Of a stretch of 34,220 nucleotides of DNA, positions 1 through 8,496 are shown one piece after another. The stretch is from a virus (Duplodnaviria > Caudoviricetes). The translations under genes were made by a program, and so were the position numbers. The DNA lies in IMG/VR virus record IMGVR_UViG_3300046779_001348, positions 1-34,220 of that record; one strand, given 5' to 3'. Every line of letters begins with the position of its first letter. Within the stretch, counting starts at the first letter, position 1. Below the pieces are notes generated by a model, which saw only the letters and a program-made list of their open reading frames with translations, was not told the origin of the DNA and did no database searches.

Positions 1-127
1 GCGATCCATTCGGACTTCAGACCTTTGGTGACCAGGCGGATGCTGGAATCAACCATCGAATCGGTTTGAATGTCATAAACCTTGACCCACATTGGGTTTC
101 CCTGTTCGTCCACTTCCTCGCGGTCGT
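1..127. repeat. Terminal overlap (left copy), identical to 34094-34220; circular assembly signature
   Basis: gcgatccattcggac...ctcgcggtcgt at 1-127 matches the last 127 nt. A reading frame continues across the junction. Confidence 0.97.
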
Positions 128-314
128 TTAGAAGTTTGGGGTTGTTTGGCCCCCAATAGAACCGCTGGTCGTAAGGTTCCGAAACATCGGGCACCTCAAC
201 GATGCCGAGTTCAGCGCGGATGGCGGAATCACGCAGATGCGGGTATGTCACGCCCTCTGAAGTAGTGTAGGACCGGTCGATGCGGATTGGTTGGCCATTG
301 AGTTGGAATGCCAT
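1..314 (-). CDS. 5' part of a junction-spanning gene (314->1, continuing 34093->33874; 177 aa); putative tail-fibre assembly/chaperone-like protein
   Basis: ATG at 314, just past the stop of the 809-aa gene. MAFQLNGQPIRIDRSYTTSEGVTYPHLRDSAIRAELGIVEVPDVSEPYDQRFYWGPNNPKLLNDREEVDEQGNPMW... runs in frame into the 33874..34206 ORF. Confidence 0.85.
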   Translation of the reverse strand, partial: MAFQLNGQPIRIDRSYTTSEGVTYPHLRDSAIRAELGIVEVPDVSEPYDQRFYWGPNNPKLLNDREEVDEQGNPMWVKVYDIQTDSMVDSSIRLVTKGLKSEWI

Positions 315-316
315 GA

Positions 317-2746
317 TTACCTCGCAAGAGCGTATTTAAATGGGTTTTCGGCAAAGGCCGCGTATATATATGTAGAACCTGATCCGTTATCAAACGCACC
401 ATCGTTTCTTATTTTGAAACCGTTTGAAAGAATGTCAATGTCCCACACATTTGCTCCGCTAGAAGTATTTTCTGCGGCAAAATCATTTGGGGCTAACCAC
501 TTATATGCCCAGTTGTATGTGTCTCTAGTAGTGTCCCAAACATACCAACTGCCAGTGGTATTGGTGCGTTTCAATAAAACATAACGAGGCCGAAAATTTG
601 TAAAGACAAAGGGGCCATCGCTTGACCCGTTGCCGACAAAACTCCCGAAGGCGCTGAACGCAGAAACTGGTGCAAAACAATACGCCACGAATGTTCCGCC
701 GCTTCCGTTAATACTTGTGTCGGTTCCGGCAGTAAACACGGTGATGGTTGGGCTGGTGCTATTCCAATATACGTTGCTGGTTCCGCCGCTACTGGTTGAA
801 TCTAAAAACAATGCCCTAGTGTTTCCAGTAGAGATATGTTGAACGTGCCACGAATAGCCAGAGCCGCCGTTTCTACGCTTCACAATGACCATAGACGGGG
901 CGATTCCAATTCCGTGGCCAATGGTGCCGACAGAACCCGTTCCGCTATAAGTGACCACGGAAACGCCAGAGGTTGTGTTGGCTGAGACTGTGCTTTGAAT
1001 AGTGCCAATATTGTTTGTTACGCCAGAGCCGTTGGCTTTCCACACCCAGCCAACGTAAGTTCTTCCAGAAGCGTTATTGTCCCCTCCGCCGCCAGAACCA
1101 TCTAAATCAAATCCAGTTGAAGTAATACCCGCAAAACCGTTACCAGTGCTAGATTCCTGATCAGATGTGTTAGGGACAAGTCTTGCAATTCCACCGCGAA
1201 CAATATCAAACACGTTATGGTAATCGGCGTTGCTTCTTGACTTATTCCACACCAATCCTGGTTGAAAACCAGTTGAAATGCTTTGTGCGGTCTGAGTGCC
1301 AGTCCACAAAAAAGCATTCATATAGTCAGAACCATCAAGAACGGTTGGTTCAGGCAAGTTGGTTGTTACCAGAGCCTTGAACCCCGAGGGGGCCGTGTAG
1401 GAAAAGGGTCTTTGACCAAAGTTTAGTGTCCAGCCTTGTGAGTTGTAGGCGCTGACCCCAGGAATATATGTTCCCGCTGGGATAGATGAAAAAGCAGCGT
1501 TTGTTCCAGCAGCCGGATCACCGCTGGCCTGCCATGTATTGTTTTTGGCAAACCAAATTTTGCCGCTATCAAGGTCTAATGCGACTCCAATGACATCATT
1601 GGTTGTATATGAATTTCCATAGGAGGAGTCGGTATTGTTGTTCCGTTTGTCACCGTTTGAAAAGTAACTATATCCGGTTGCGGAATAACCAATGACTCTA
1701 GACGCAGAAACTGTATCGTTAAAAATTGTGCTATTGCTTGGTTCAATACCAATAAAAGACACTGAAGCGCCAGAATTTGCTGTGCCTTCAAAGTACCACT
1801 TACCACTTGATAGACCAAGAGTTGAACCTATTGATTTTGCATATGTTGAATTAGCAAAAACAACATCAAGATTTCCATTTGATACAGTAATACTGAAACC
1901 CGCTGGAAACGCCAAAGGGTTTAGTGTGGAATAGTTGCCCCGCACCGTCCCGCCAGCGGCTGTATCCGTGCCCCATAGCGTAGGAACATCGACCAGGCTA
2001 TCGTTGCCAGCACCAGCAGTCACCGAGAAGTTGTTGGGCGTCCAGTTGTTGCCGTTGCCAGAGTAGTCTTTTCCCAGGGTCGTGCTGGTGGTACCGGAGT
2101 TGTCAGAAAAGTTGATGTAAAACCCGTTGGTTCCATATGTGCCCGCATACTCAATCGGTTGCCATACGCCTGTATCAGGGTTTGTTTCACCAAACGATGA
2201 TGGGGTTAGGGCTTGGCCATCAATGAAGTTGATCTCGGTGAGGTAGCCATCAAAGTAAAATCCGCTAGTGATTGTGTACCTACCAATGTTGTGAATAACA
2301 TTGCTGTTAATATAACTTTGCTCACCAGAAGACGGATGCGTTTCAACAGTCCAGTTATTTACCTCTACACCATTTACCCATAATCTTGTTCTATTACCAG
2401 CGGTTGCGTTATTCGTGTCCCACACCCAAACTAAGTGATACCACGATGATGGATCACGATAAACAGGGGTTGACTCATATTCAACTGTTGTGTTGCGAAT
2501 TTTGATAATGTCGGCAGAAGTCCAATATATGTAAGAAGCATTTGATGCATCTGCACTTAACAAGAACATTCCTGTTCCATTTTTACATTTCTTTGCCCAA
2601 CATGAAAAAGTCCAAGTTGTTCTGTTACCAGCAGACGCAGGAGTACGATTTAGGTAAGCAGAATCCGCAGAGTTAAACCGCAAACTGCGGTCAATCTCAT
2701 ACCCGCCTAGCGCAGACTCAATAGCGGTGCCAGCAATGATGGACAT
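317..2746 (-). CDS. Virion protein with concanavalin A/LamG-like and SPRY-like domains (putative receptor-binding or adhesion protein)
   Basis: 809 aa. LamG-like N-terminus (TWTFSCWAK...WYHLVWVWD...YFDGYLTEINFIDGQAL) and SPRY-like segment (SSGKWYFE...NDVIGVALDLDSGKIWFAKN). Coupled to the upstream fibre gene (TAATG). Confidence 0.8.
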   Translation of the reverse strand: MSIIAGTAIESALGGYEIDRSLRFNSADSAYLNRTPASAGNRTTWTFSCWAKKCKNGTGMFLLSADASNASYIYWTSADIIKIRNTTVEYESTPVYRDPSSWYHLVWVWDTNNATAGNRTRLWVNGVEVNNWTVETHPSSGEQSYINSNVIHNIGRYTITSGFYFDGYLTEINFIDGQALTPSSFGETNPDTGVWQPIEYAGTYGTNGFYINFSDNSGTTSTTLGKDYSGNGNNWTPNNFSVTAGAGNDSLVDVPTLWGTDTAAGGTVRGNYSTLNPLAFPAGFSITVSNGNLDVVFANSTYAKSIGSTLGLSSGKWYFEGTANSGASVSFIGIEPSNSTIFNDTVSASRVIGYSATGYSYFSNGDKRNNNTDSSYGNSYTTNDVIGVALDLDSGKIWFAKNNTWQASGDPAAGTNAAFSSIPAGTYIPGVSAYNSQGWTLNFGQRPFSYTAPSGFKALVTTNLPEPTVLDGSDYMNAFLWTGTQTAQSISTGFQPGLVWNKSRSNADYHNVFDIVRGGIARLVPNTSDQESSTGNGFAGITSTGFDLDGSGGGGDNNASGRTYVGWVWKANGSGVTNNIGTIQSTVSANTTSGVSVVTYSGTGSVGTIGHGIGIAPSMVIVKRRNGGSGYSWHVQHISTGNTRALFLDSTSSGGTSNVYWNSTSPTITVFTAGTDTSINGSGGTFVAYCFAPVSAFSAFGSFVGNGSSDGPFVFTNFRPRYVLLKRTNTTGSWYVWDTTRDTYNWAYKWLAPNDFAAENTSSGANVWDIDILSNGFKIRNDGAFDNGSGSTYIYAAFAENPFKYALAR

Positions 2747-5391
2747 TAGGTCAGCGCTCCAGATGCGGTGACGGCCACGTTGGTGCCATCAGGTGAATAG
2801 TATGAGAGCCAATAAATTCCCGCAGTCGAGATGGCCGTCAGAACATCGGCGTTGATATAAACCGCAGCCGCAGCCGAGACCGTGTAACCGCCGGAGTTGT
2901 CCAGCCAGATGTTTCCTGACTGGCCCGCAGTGATGTTGGTGAACGTCAACGTAAACGTACCCGTGGGGGTGCATTTGAAGTTGTTGGTCACGTTCATGTC
3001 GAACGAACCATCGTTGTCCGTGGTCACCGTTCCGCGCTGGGGGGCCGTGAAAGTCTGAGCAATCCCCAGGCCAGCAACAGTCGTGCTAGACGCAGGGAAG
3101 GTCATGGTGGTGCTATCGGTACCAGACAGGGTCAGGCTATTGTTTGCGGTCAGCGTCTTGCCAGCCGCAATCGTCAGCGTACCGGTGCCGGTCGTGAACG
3201 TGTTTCCGTTGACCGTTCCAGTCAGAGGCCCGCTAAGTGCAGTTGCCGTAAGCGTTCCGGTCGAGGGATTAAATTGCAGTTTGGTAGACGATACGTCCAG
3301 GGTCGTTTCGTTGCCCGTGGTCAGGTTCGAGAACGTGATGTAGCGGGTCGCGTTGGTCGTGGTGTCATCGGTGATGGTGACGCCGGAGGTGTCAGATGAC
3401 CAGGTCGGAACGCCAGAGGCTAGTTTTAGCACCTGGCCATCAGAGCCCGCAGCCAGGAATGTCGTGGTGTTGGATGCTGACTGGTAGGGCAGGGAGCCAG
3501 TCGCGCCACCGGCCAGGCTGGTTGCCAGCCCTGCGGTAACCGTGGACGGTGCCCTGTTTTCCCACCGACCGTCCGCGTTATCCCAAACAATCAGGTCGTT
3601 GTCTGACGGGCTGATAGCATAGACGTTGGACAGGTCATTCAGGCGAGGCTCAAACGTGGGCCGCACAAAGACGGTTCCGTTGGCGTTGGCATAGACCACC
3701 GCGCAGACCTGAACCTTGGCGTTGGGTGCGGTCGGTACGTTTTTGGACAGGCCACCCGTAACCGCAGGGTTGTAGTAAAGAACATCCCCGTTTGCCCAAG
3801 TCTCGCTCGATGCGGAACCCGTGGTATCAAACCCACGCACTTCGCCAAACGAGGACACATAGCCCCATGAGTTCAGCGTGATGTCCTCGGCAGCAATGCC
3901 CAGAATGTATGAGCCGGTCGCAGCCGTTAGACCGGTGGCCGGTGCAGCAGTCAGACCACCAGAGGCTCCCAGGGTGCCGGTAAACATGACCACCTGACCC
4001 TTGGTGATGGCGCTCGATGCCTTGACGCGGTAGTACTGATCCTCGCCAATCTGCTGAAGAACGTTGCCGCCAGCCATGACCATTTCCAGGCTTTGGCAGT
4101 TGTCCGCATCGTTCCAAGACACCGAACCCGCACCGCCAACCACACCGGTTGGGGTGACATCAAAGTTCAGTTCAGTGATGTTTTGCAGGGCACCAGCGTC
4201 AGACAGGGTGATGGCCGAGTTCTGAATAATCTTGCCGGTGGTGCTATCGAACCGCGCAATAGCGTTATCGGTCGATGAGGCGGGGCCAGAGACGTCACCA
4301 TAAGCGGTTGGGGTAGCCCAGGAAGGGACGCCAGCCGCAAGGGTGAGAACCTGGCCGTTAGAGCCAGCAGCGAGGAACGTGGTAGTGCCAGAGCCGCTTT
4401 GATATGGCAGCGAACCGGTCGCACCACCGCCCAGATTGGTTGCGGTTGTTGCAGTTGTTGCGGTTGTTGCGGTTGCGGCGTTGCCCGAAATCGAGCCCGT
4501 AATGATGTTAGACACCGTCAAATCGGTCAGGGTGCCAACGCCTGTGATGCCGCTATATGTGCCACTCAAACGGCCAGAATCGATGGTTCCAGCGGTGATT
4601 TGGTTGGCGTTAATCGCAATGTTTGTGTTGGTAACGCTAGTGATTTGACCCTGGGCGTTAACCGCAAACACGGGAACCGCAGCCGCAGAGCCATAAGTTG
4701 CAGCCGCTACGCCCGTGTTGGTGATGCTGAACGTGTTAGACGATAGGGTTAACCCTGTGCCCGCAAAGTAGGCGCCGGAAACCTGGAAGTTTGACCAGTT
4801 GACCGCAGTTGATCCGAGGGTGCCGCCTGGCTGAATGTAGCAATACCAGGCCGAGCCGGCCAAACCGCCAGAGGTAACAAACACCAGGGCAGACACCAGT
4901 TCGTCCCAGGTGTTTGCGTCCGGTGCCCGCGTCCAAGGCGTTCCGACAATGTAAATACCGTTTTCTGAGGCCGTTGACTGGTCTTTGACCAGCACTCGGT
5001 CACCGGCCACAACGGGCACGGTGTCGATGGTTTGGGCGCCAGACAGGGTGATATTGCCGGTTGTAGCCGCCAGGACTGGCTCTTTCCAAGAAATGCCAGC
5101 CAGGGCCGCGTCAACGTAGGTTTTGTTGGTCAGGTCATTGCCGCCAACGGGAAGGTTGGTGGCTGACGCAGTCGTAAACGTAGCCGCAGCGGGGGTCACC
5201 GCACCAATGACGGTGCTATTGATGGTGCTATTGGTGATGTTGACACCGTCCAGGTTAGGGTTAACCGGTGCATAAAAAGGCGTTCCGCCTGGGCCAATGA
5301 ACGAAATAATCTCGTATGGCGGCAGCGGTTCAAACGTGCCCTGAACCGTAATGAGGTTAGTCGTTACGGTCTTTGCGGTGTCATTAGCCAT
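2746..5391 (-). CDS. Fibre protein (Gly/Thr/Ser-rich, modular)
   Basis: 881 aa. Fibre motifs NKTYVD, WKEPVLAATTGNITLSGAQTIDTV..AGDRVLVKDQ, GPASSTDNAIARFDSTTGKIIQNS, and a duplicated GGATGSLPYQS..TTTFLAAGS.GQVL module. Confidence 0.85.
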   Translation of the reverse strand: MANDTAKTVTTNLITVQGTFEPLPPYEIISFIGPGGTPFYAPVNPNLDGVNITNSTINSTVIGAVTPAAATFTTASATNLPVGGNDLTNKTYVDAALAGISWKEPVLAATTGNITLSGAQTIDTVPVVAGDRVLVKDQSTASENGIYIVGTPWTRAPDANTWDELVSALVFVTSGGLAGSAWYCYIQPGGTLGSTAVNWSNFQVSGAYFAGTGLTLSSNTFSITNTGVAAATYGSAAAVPVFAVNAQGQITSVTNTNIAINANQITAGTIDSGRLSGTYSGITGVGTLTDLTVSNIITGSISGNAATATTATTATTATNLGGGATGSLPYQSGSGTTTFLAAGSNGQVLTLAAGVPSWATPTAYGDVSGPASSTDNAIARFDSTTGKIIQNSAITLSDAGALQNITELNFDVTPTGVVGGAGSVSWNDADNCQSLEMVMAGGNVLQQIGEDQYYRVKASSAITKGQVVMFTGTLGASGGLTAAPATGLTAATGSYILGIAAEDITLNSWGYVSSFGEVRGFDTTGSASSETWANGDVLYYNPAVTGGLSKNVPTAPNAKVQVCAVVYANANGTVFVRPTFEPRLNDLSNVYAISPSDNDLIVWDNADGRWENRAPSTVTAGLATSLAGGATGSLPYQSASNTTTFLAAGSDGQVLKLASGVPTWSSDTSGVTITDDTTTNATRYITFSNLTTGNETTLDVSSTKLQFNPSTGTLTATALSGPLTGTVNGNTFTTGTGTLTIAAGKTLTANNSLTLSGTDSTTMTFPASSTTVAGLGIAQTFTAPQRGTVTTDNDGSFDMNVTNNFKCTPTGTFTLTFTNITAGQSGNIWLDNSGGYTVSAAAAVYINADVLTAISTAGIYWLSYYSPDGTNVAVTASGALT
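4439..4476. repeat. Short 9-nt tandem repeat encoding (TTA)n in the fibre gene
   Basis: gttgcggtt gttgcagtt gttgcggtt gttgcggtt; protein reads NAATATTATTATTATN. Confidence 0.75.
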
Positions 5392-5400
5392 GATGAATCC

Positions 5401-5733
5401 TTATTCGGTGGCCACCAGAGTCATATACAGGACGTTTGTCCCTGAAGAAATGGCCTTAACGTAGATGTTTGGCGAACCGCAGTCGATGACTATGGGAACC
5501 AACATCGAGGGGGGCAACACAAACGAGCCACCAGTGCCGGTCGATGCGATGGCCGGTGTGTCCATGTTTGAGTCGGTAGTGCCAAACGTGATGGCCGCAG
5601 TTCCGGTGCCTGTGTTCAACAGGGCAACGCGGAAGGCGCGGGTCGTTGTGTTTGGAACCAGTTGGAGGGCGCTTGATGCGGAGGTGGTCAGCGACAACGC
5701 ATAAGTTGGGCTGAGAATCTTGAGGGAGTCCAT
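5401..5733 (-). CDS. Hypothetical virion-associated beta-rich protein
   Basis: 110-aa ORF with GAGGA RBS, inside the structural operon. Confidence 0.8.
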   Translation of the reverse strand: MDSLKILSPTYALSLTTSASSALQLVPNTTTRAFRVALLNTGTGTAAITFGTTDSNMDTPAIASTGTGGSFVLPPSMLVPIVIDCGSPNIYVKAISSGTNVLYMTLVATE

Positions 5734-5781
5734 AATTTTCCTCGGAGTTAGTTATCCAATTATCCTATTTCTGGCGGAAAT

Positions 5782-5817
5782 AAAAAAGGGCCATCCCTTG
5801 TGAGGATAGCCCTTTTT
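5782..5817. terminator. Rho-independent terminator (bidirectional-looking) after the capsid operon
   Basis: Minus strand AAAAAGGGCTATCC-TCACAAG-GGATGGCCCTTTTTT, with T-runs on both sides. Confidence 0.85.
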
Positions 5818-5834
5818 CGAGGTTTCATCACTAC

Positions 5835-6077
5835 TTATGCAGAGGCGATGAGACCCTTGTTACGCAGTGCCACCAGGATAGCGTTGACGGCAGTAGCGAT
5901 TTCGGTGCCGGAAGCGGTGTTGCCAAGGTTAGTGATAGCACCGGCTTGGGCAACGGGGGTTGCACCGTGGAAGGCCAACAGGTCAGCGGCGGTACCAGCG
6001 ATTTGAACGCCATCGGTGGAATCGCCGTTGAATAGGTAGTTGGTCGTTTGGCTAGAGGCTGGGCCTGGGTTTGCCAT
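5835..6077 (-). CDS. Small virion protein downstream of the coat gene (head decoration-like)
   Basis: 80 aa, AAGGAA RBS. C-terminus TAVNAILVALRNKGLI is typical of head-fibre/decoration proteins. Confidence 0.75.
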   Translation of the reverse strand: MANPGPASSQTTNYLFNGDSTDGVQIAGTAADLLAFHGATPVAQAGAITNLGNTASGTEIATAVNAILVALRNKGLIASA

Positions 6078-6105
6078 GATTAGTTCCTTTCAGAAAGTTT
6101 GTAGT

Positions 6106-6196
6106 GGGGAGCAGATTGGGCGGTTCAACTAGGCCAGGTGGAAAGCGGAAAAAACCCTGGCGTCCCGCATCCTCTTATGTCCGCTTAACACTCCCC
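6106..6196 (-). ncRNA. Putative pseudoknotted structured RNA in the intergenic gap after the coat gene
   Basis: Minus-strand pairings: P1 GGGGAGU/GCUCCCC, P2 GCGG/CCGC, P3 GCCAGG/CCUGGC, and pseudoknot AAGCGGA/UCCGCUU. The G-U pair favours the minus strand. Confidence 0.6.
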
Positions 6197-6202
6197 TCCA
6201 AA

Positions 6203-7450
6203 TTAGGCAGCCACTCGGCAAGCCAGTTCAGGGTACAAGGGCGCCCAACCGTAAAGAACATCCAGACGGGTGGGGATGGAGTCGTTGTTGATCGTGTACT
6301 GACGAACCACACGAATCGACAGGCCAACATCTTTGTCGCTTGCACGGCCAGCGAAATGGACGCCATCAGGCAGTTCCAGGTCGGCAGTGGCCACGGTAAA
6401 CGCGTTGCGATGGAACACCAGGTTCTGAGGGCTGACGGCACCGGTCTTGTTGAACGGTGTGACAACGGCAGAAGCGGAGGTGGTCGTAACGCTTACGTTC
6501 TGGAATTGTCCGCCGGTGATGATGGCGGGCGAAACCGTAACGGAAGCCGAGCCGCCGGACGAAATGGTAACGGCAGACTGCACAACAAAGTTGCGGAGAA
6601 CGCCGCCGCCATAAATCTGACGGTTCTGGGGGTTGACTGCATATACGCCAGCAATCTGGATGGTGTCACCAGCCTTCAGCACCGCGTTGGCCGTGGCCGC
6701 AGAGATGGTGATGGTGGAGGTCTGTGCCCAGCCAGTGGTCAGCGAACCGGTAAAGGTTGACGTGTTGGTGGACATGGTGGCCGTGGAATAAGAACCGTAA
6801 GTGTGAGTCACGATGTTCTGATCCATGTACCAGTTCATGCCGATGGTGTCGCGACCCATCAGACCCTTCTCGTACTGCTGAGAGATGGTGCCCTGGGGGT
6901 TGAACAGTCCTTTGAGCGAACCAACGATGCTGGCACCGGTGAAGGGGTCAACAACGCAAGAACGCTTGCCATCGCGGGGAGCGCCTTCACCATCCAGGTA
7001 AGCCTGGGCGGTCAGGAACGTAGCGATGTCGGAGGGAACCGTACCGGCGGAGCCAACGGTGTTGGCAGTCTCAAGGACGGCCATGGTGGTGCCGTCATAG
7101 TCCATCTTGTTAGCGATGGCGGCGATGGCGGGCTTCAGGACGCGATCCGAGAACATATCGAGGCTCAGGGTCAGGTCTTGAGTCGTGAACTGGGTGTCAA
7201 CGTGGAATTGAGTGTCCAGGGTCACGGGGGTTGAGGTTTCGTTGAAGTCCTCTACGTTCAGCGCAGGGCCGGTCGTACCGATGAAACGGCCAGGACGGCG
7301 GACGTTCACGGTGTTACCAATCTTGGCGCCAACGATGGCGAATTGCTCGTCATAAGAACGGTCAACGCGGCCAGTAAAGGTCAGTTCGTTTTCCAAGACC
7401 ATCAACGCTTCGTTGGTGATCATGGAGATGGTTAGCAAGTTATTTGCCAT
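6203..7450 (-). CDS. Major capsid protein, P22 coat (gp5) family
   Basis: 415 aa. MANNLLTISMITNEALMVLENEL...KIGNTVNVRRP...RLDVLYGW..LYPELACR; position after portal and scaffold. Confidence 0.95.
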   Translation of the reverse strand: MANNLLTISMITNEALMVLENELTFTGRVDRSYDEQFAIVGAKIGNTVNVRRPGRFIGTTGPALNVEDFNETSTPVTLDTQFHVDTQFTTQDLTLSLDMFSDRVLKPAIAAIANKMDYDGTTMAVLETANTVGSAGTVPSDIATFLTAQAYLDGEGAPRDGKRSCVVDPFTGASIVGSLKGLFNPQGTISQQYEKGLMGRDTIGMNWYMDQNIVTHTYGSYSTATMSTNTSTFTGSLTTGWAQTSTITISAATANAVLKAGDTIQIAGVYAVNPQNRQIYGGGVLRNFVVQSAVTISSGGSASVTVSPAIITGGQFQNVSVTTTSASAVVTPFNKTGAVSPQNLVFHRNAFTVATADLELPDGVHFAGRASDKDVGLSIRVVRQYTINNDSIPTRLDVLYGWAPLYPELACRVAA

Positions 7451-7483
7451 TTTGATTCTCCAAAAATTAGATAAGGTTTACCG

Positions 7484-8419
7484 TCATCTGATTTTCCCCG
7501 CAGCGCGTGCGGCCTTCCACTGAGCAAACGTGCCATGGAATTGCCTGTTGGCATCCAGGGTAACGTCTGCGGCGCTTCCGGTCGTGCGTAGCGGCGTAAT
7601 CGGTGCCGGTGCATTTGACTTCTTAGCAACAGGTGTCGGTTGCTTGGCTTTGGGCGCAGTCTTTTCAAACTGTGCTTCGAGCCGCCCTATGGCCCTGAGT
7701 TGGGCTGGAATCGACTTTTGGGCCAATTCCTGAGCGAATTCTGGATTCTCGGCCAGGTAATACATGATTTTTGGGCCGACATCACTTTCGATAATTGCAT
7801 CAGTCACGGGCTGAGATACTGAAACGTCACTCGATGCAATCATTTCATCGTAATCGGGCATCTCGGCCTTGGTTGCTTCGAGGCGCTTCTGAAACTCCGA
7901 CCGGAGTCTCGTCTGTTCCTCTTGCGCCCTGCGGGCCATATCCGCCTGATCTCGCTCCCTCAATTTCTTGTCGGCAGTCCACTCGGCTAACGCCTTCGCA
8001 TATTCGATGGCGTCCTCAAATTGGGCGGGATCGGGTTCTGGATCAGGGTCACGCGCCTGTTGGGGTGCGTTTTGTTGCTCCAGCCTTGCCAGCCTTTCTT
8101 CGAGTTCTAACCGCGCCTGGCGCTCACGTTCCGCTTCTAGGCGGGCCGCTTCGCGTTGCTTGGTCAGTTCCGAAAACCGCTTTTCAAGTTTCGGGTTTTG
8201 CTTCTTTTCACCTGTCGCAGCCTCTTTTTCGCCTTCGGGTTCACTCTCAGCCTGTTGCTCAACCATCGGCTCCGCCTCATTGGCGGCCTCAACGGGAGCA
8301 GATTCAGGGGCTAAACCCAATTTCTTGGCAGTAAATTCGGCCAAATTCTCACTGGTAATAACATTCGCAGCCTGTTTGGGTTGCGGTGTCGTATCGACTA
8401 CTTGTGCTGCATCAGACAT
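7484..8419 (-). CDS. Scaffolding protein
   Basis: 311 aa, acidic coiled coil, C-terminal APAPITPL...WKAAR; lies between portal and coat. Confidence 0.85.
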   Translation of the reverse strand: MSDAAQVVDTTPQPKQAANVITSENLAEFTAKKLGLAPESAPVEAANEAEPMVEQQAESEPEGEKEAATGEKKQNPKLEKRFSELTKQREAARLEAERERQARLELEERLARLEQQNAPQQARDPDPEPDPAQFEDAIEYAKALAEWTADKKLRERDQADMARRAQEEQTRLRSEFQKRLEATKAEMPDYDEMIASSDVSVSQPVTDAIIESDVGPKIMYYLAENPEFAQELAQKSIPAQLRAIGRLEAQFEKTAPKAKQPTPVAKKSNAPAPITPLRTTGSAADVTLDANRQFHGTFAQWKAARAAGKIR

Positions 8420-8439
8420 GGATTACTCCAAGAATAAAC

Positions 8440-8455
8440 CCGATGAACCCATCGG
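8440..8455 (-). promoter_or_regulatory. Hairpin in the scaffold mRNA leader
   Basis: CCGATG-GGTT-CATCGG upstream of the GGAG RBS. Confidence 0.5.
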
Positions 8456-8467
8456 TAGGTTAGTGCT

Positions 8468-8496
8468 ATTAAAAACCGTTAATTGATAGGTGTCAA
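8468..8496 (-). promoter_or_regulatory. Sigma70-type promoter for the scaffold-coat operon
   Basis: TTGACA-17 nt (cctatcaattAACGGTT)-TTTAAT. Confidence 0.65.

Noticed and set aside
1-127. 127-bp terminal repeat as a biological direct terminal repeat
   Set aside because: It falls mid-gene and its length equals a common assembler k-mer, so it is best explained as circular contig overlap.
317-5391. Diversity-generating retroelement or invertase shufflon acting on fibre genes
   Set aside because: No reverse transcriptase, recombinase or TR/VR pair was seen. The duplicated fibre module differs mainly at synonymous sites, not specifically at adenines.
6104-6760. 218-aa plus-strand ORF over the coat gene end
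   Set aside because: Antisense to the capsid gene and the structured RNA; low-complexity translation.
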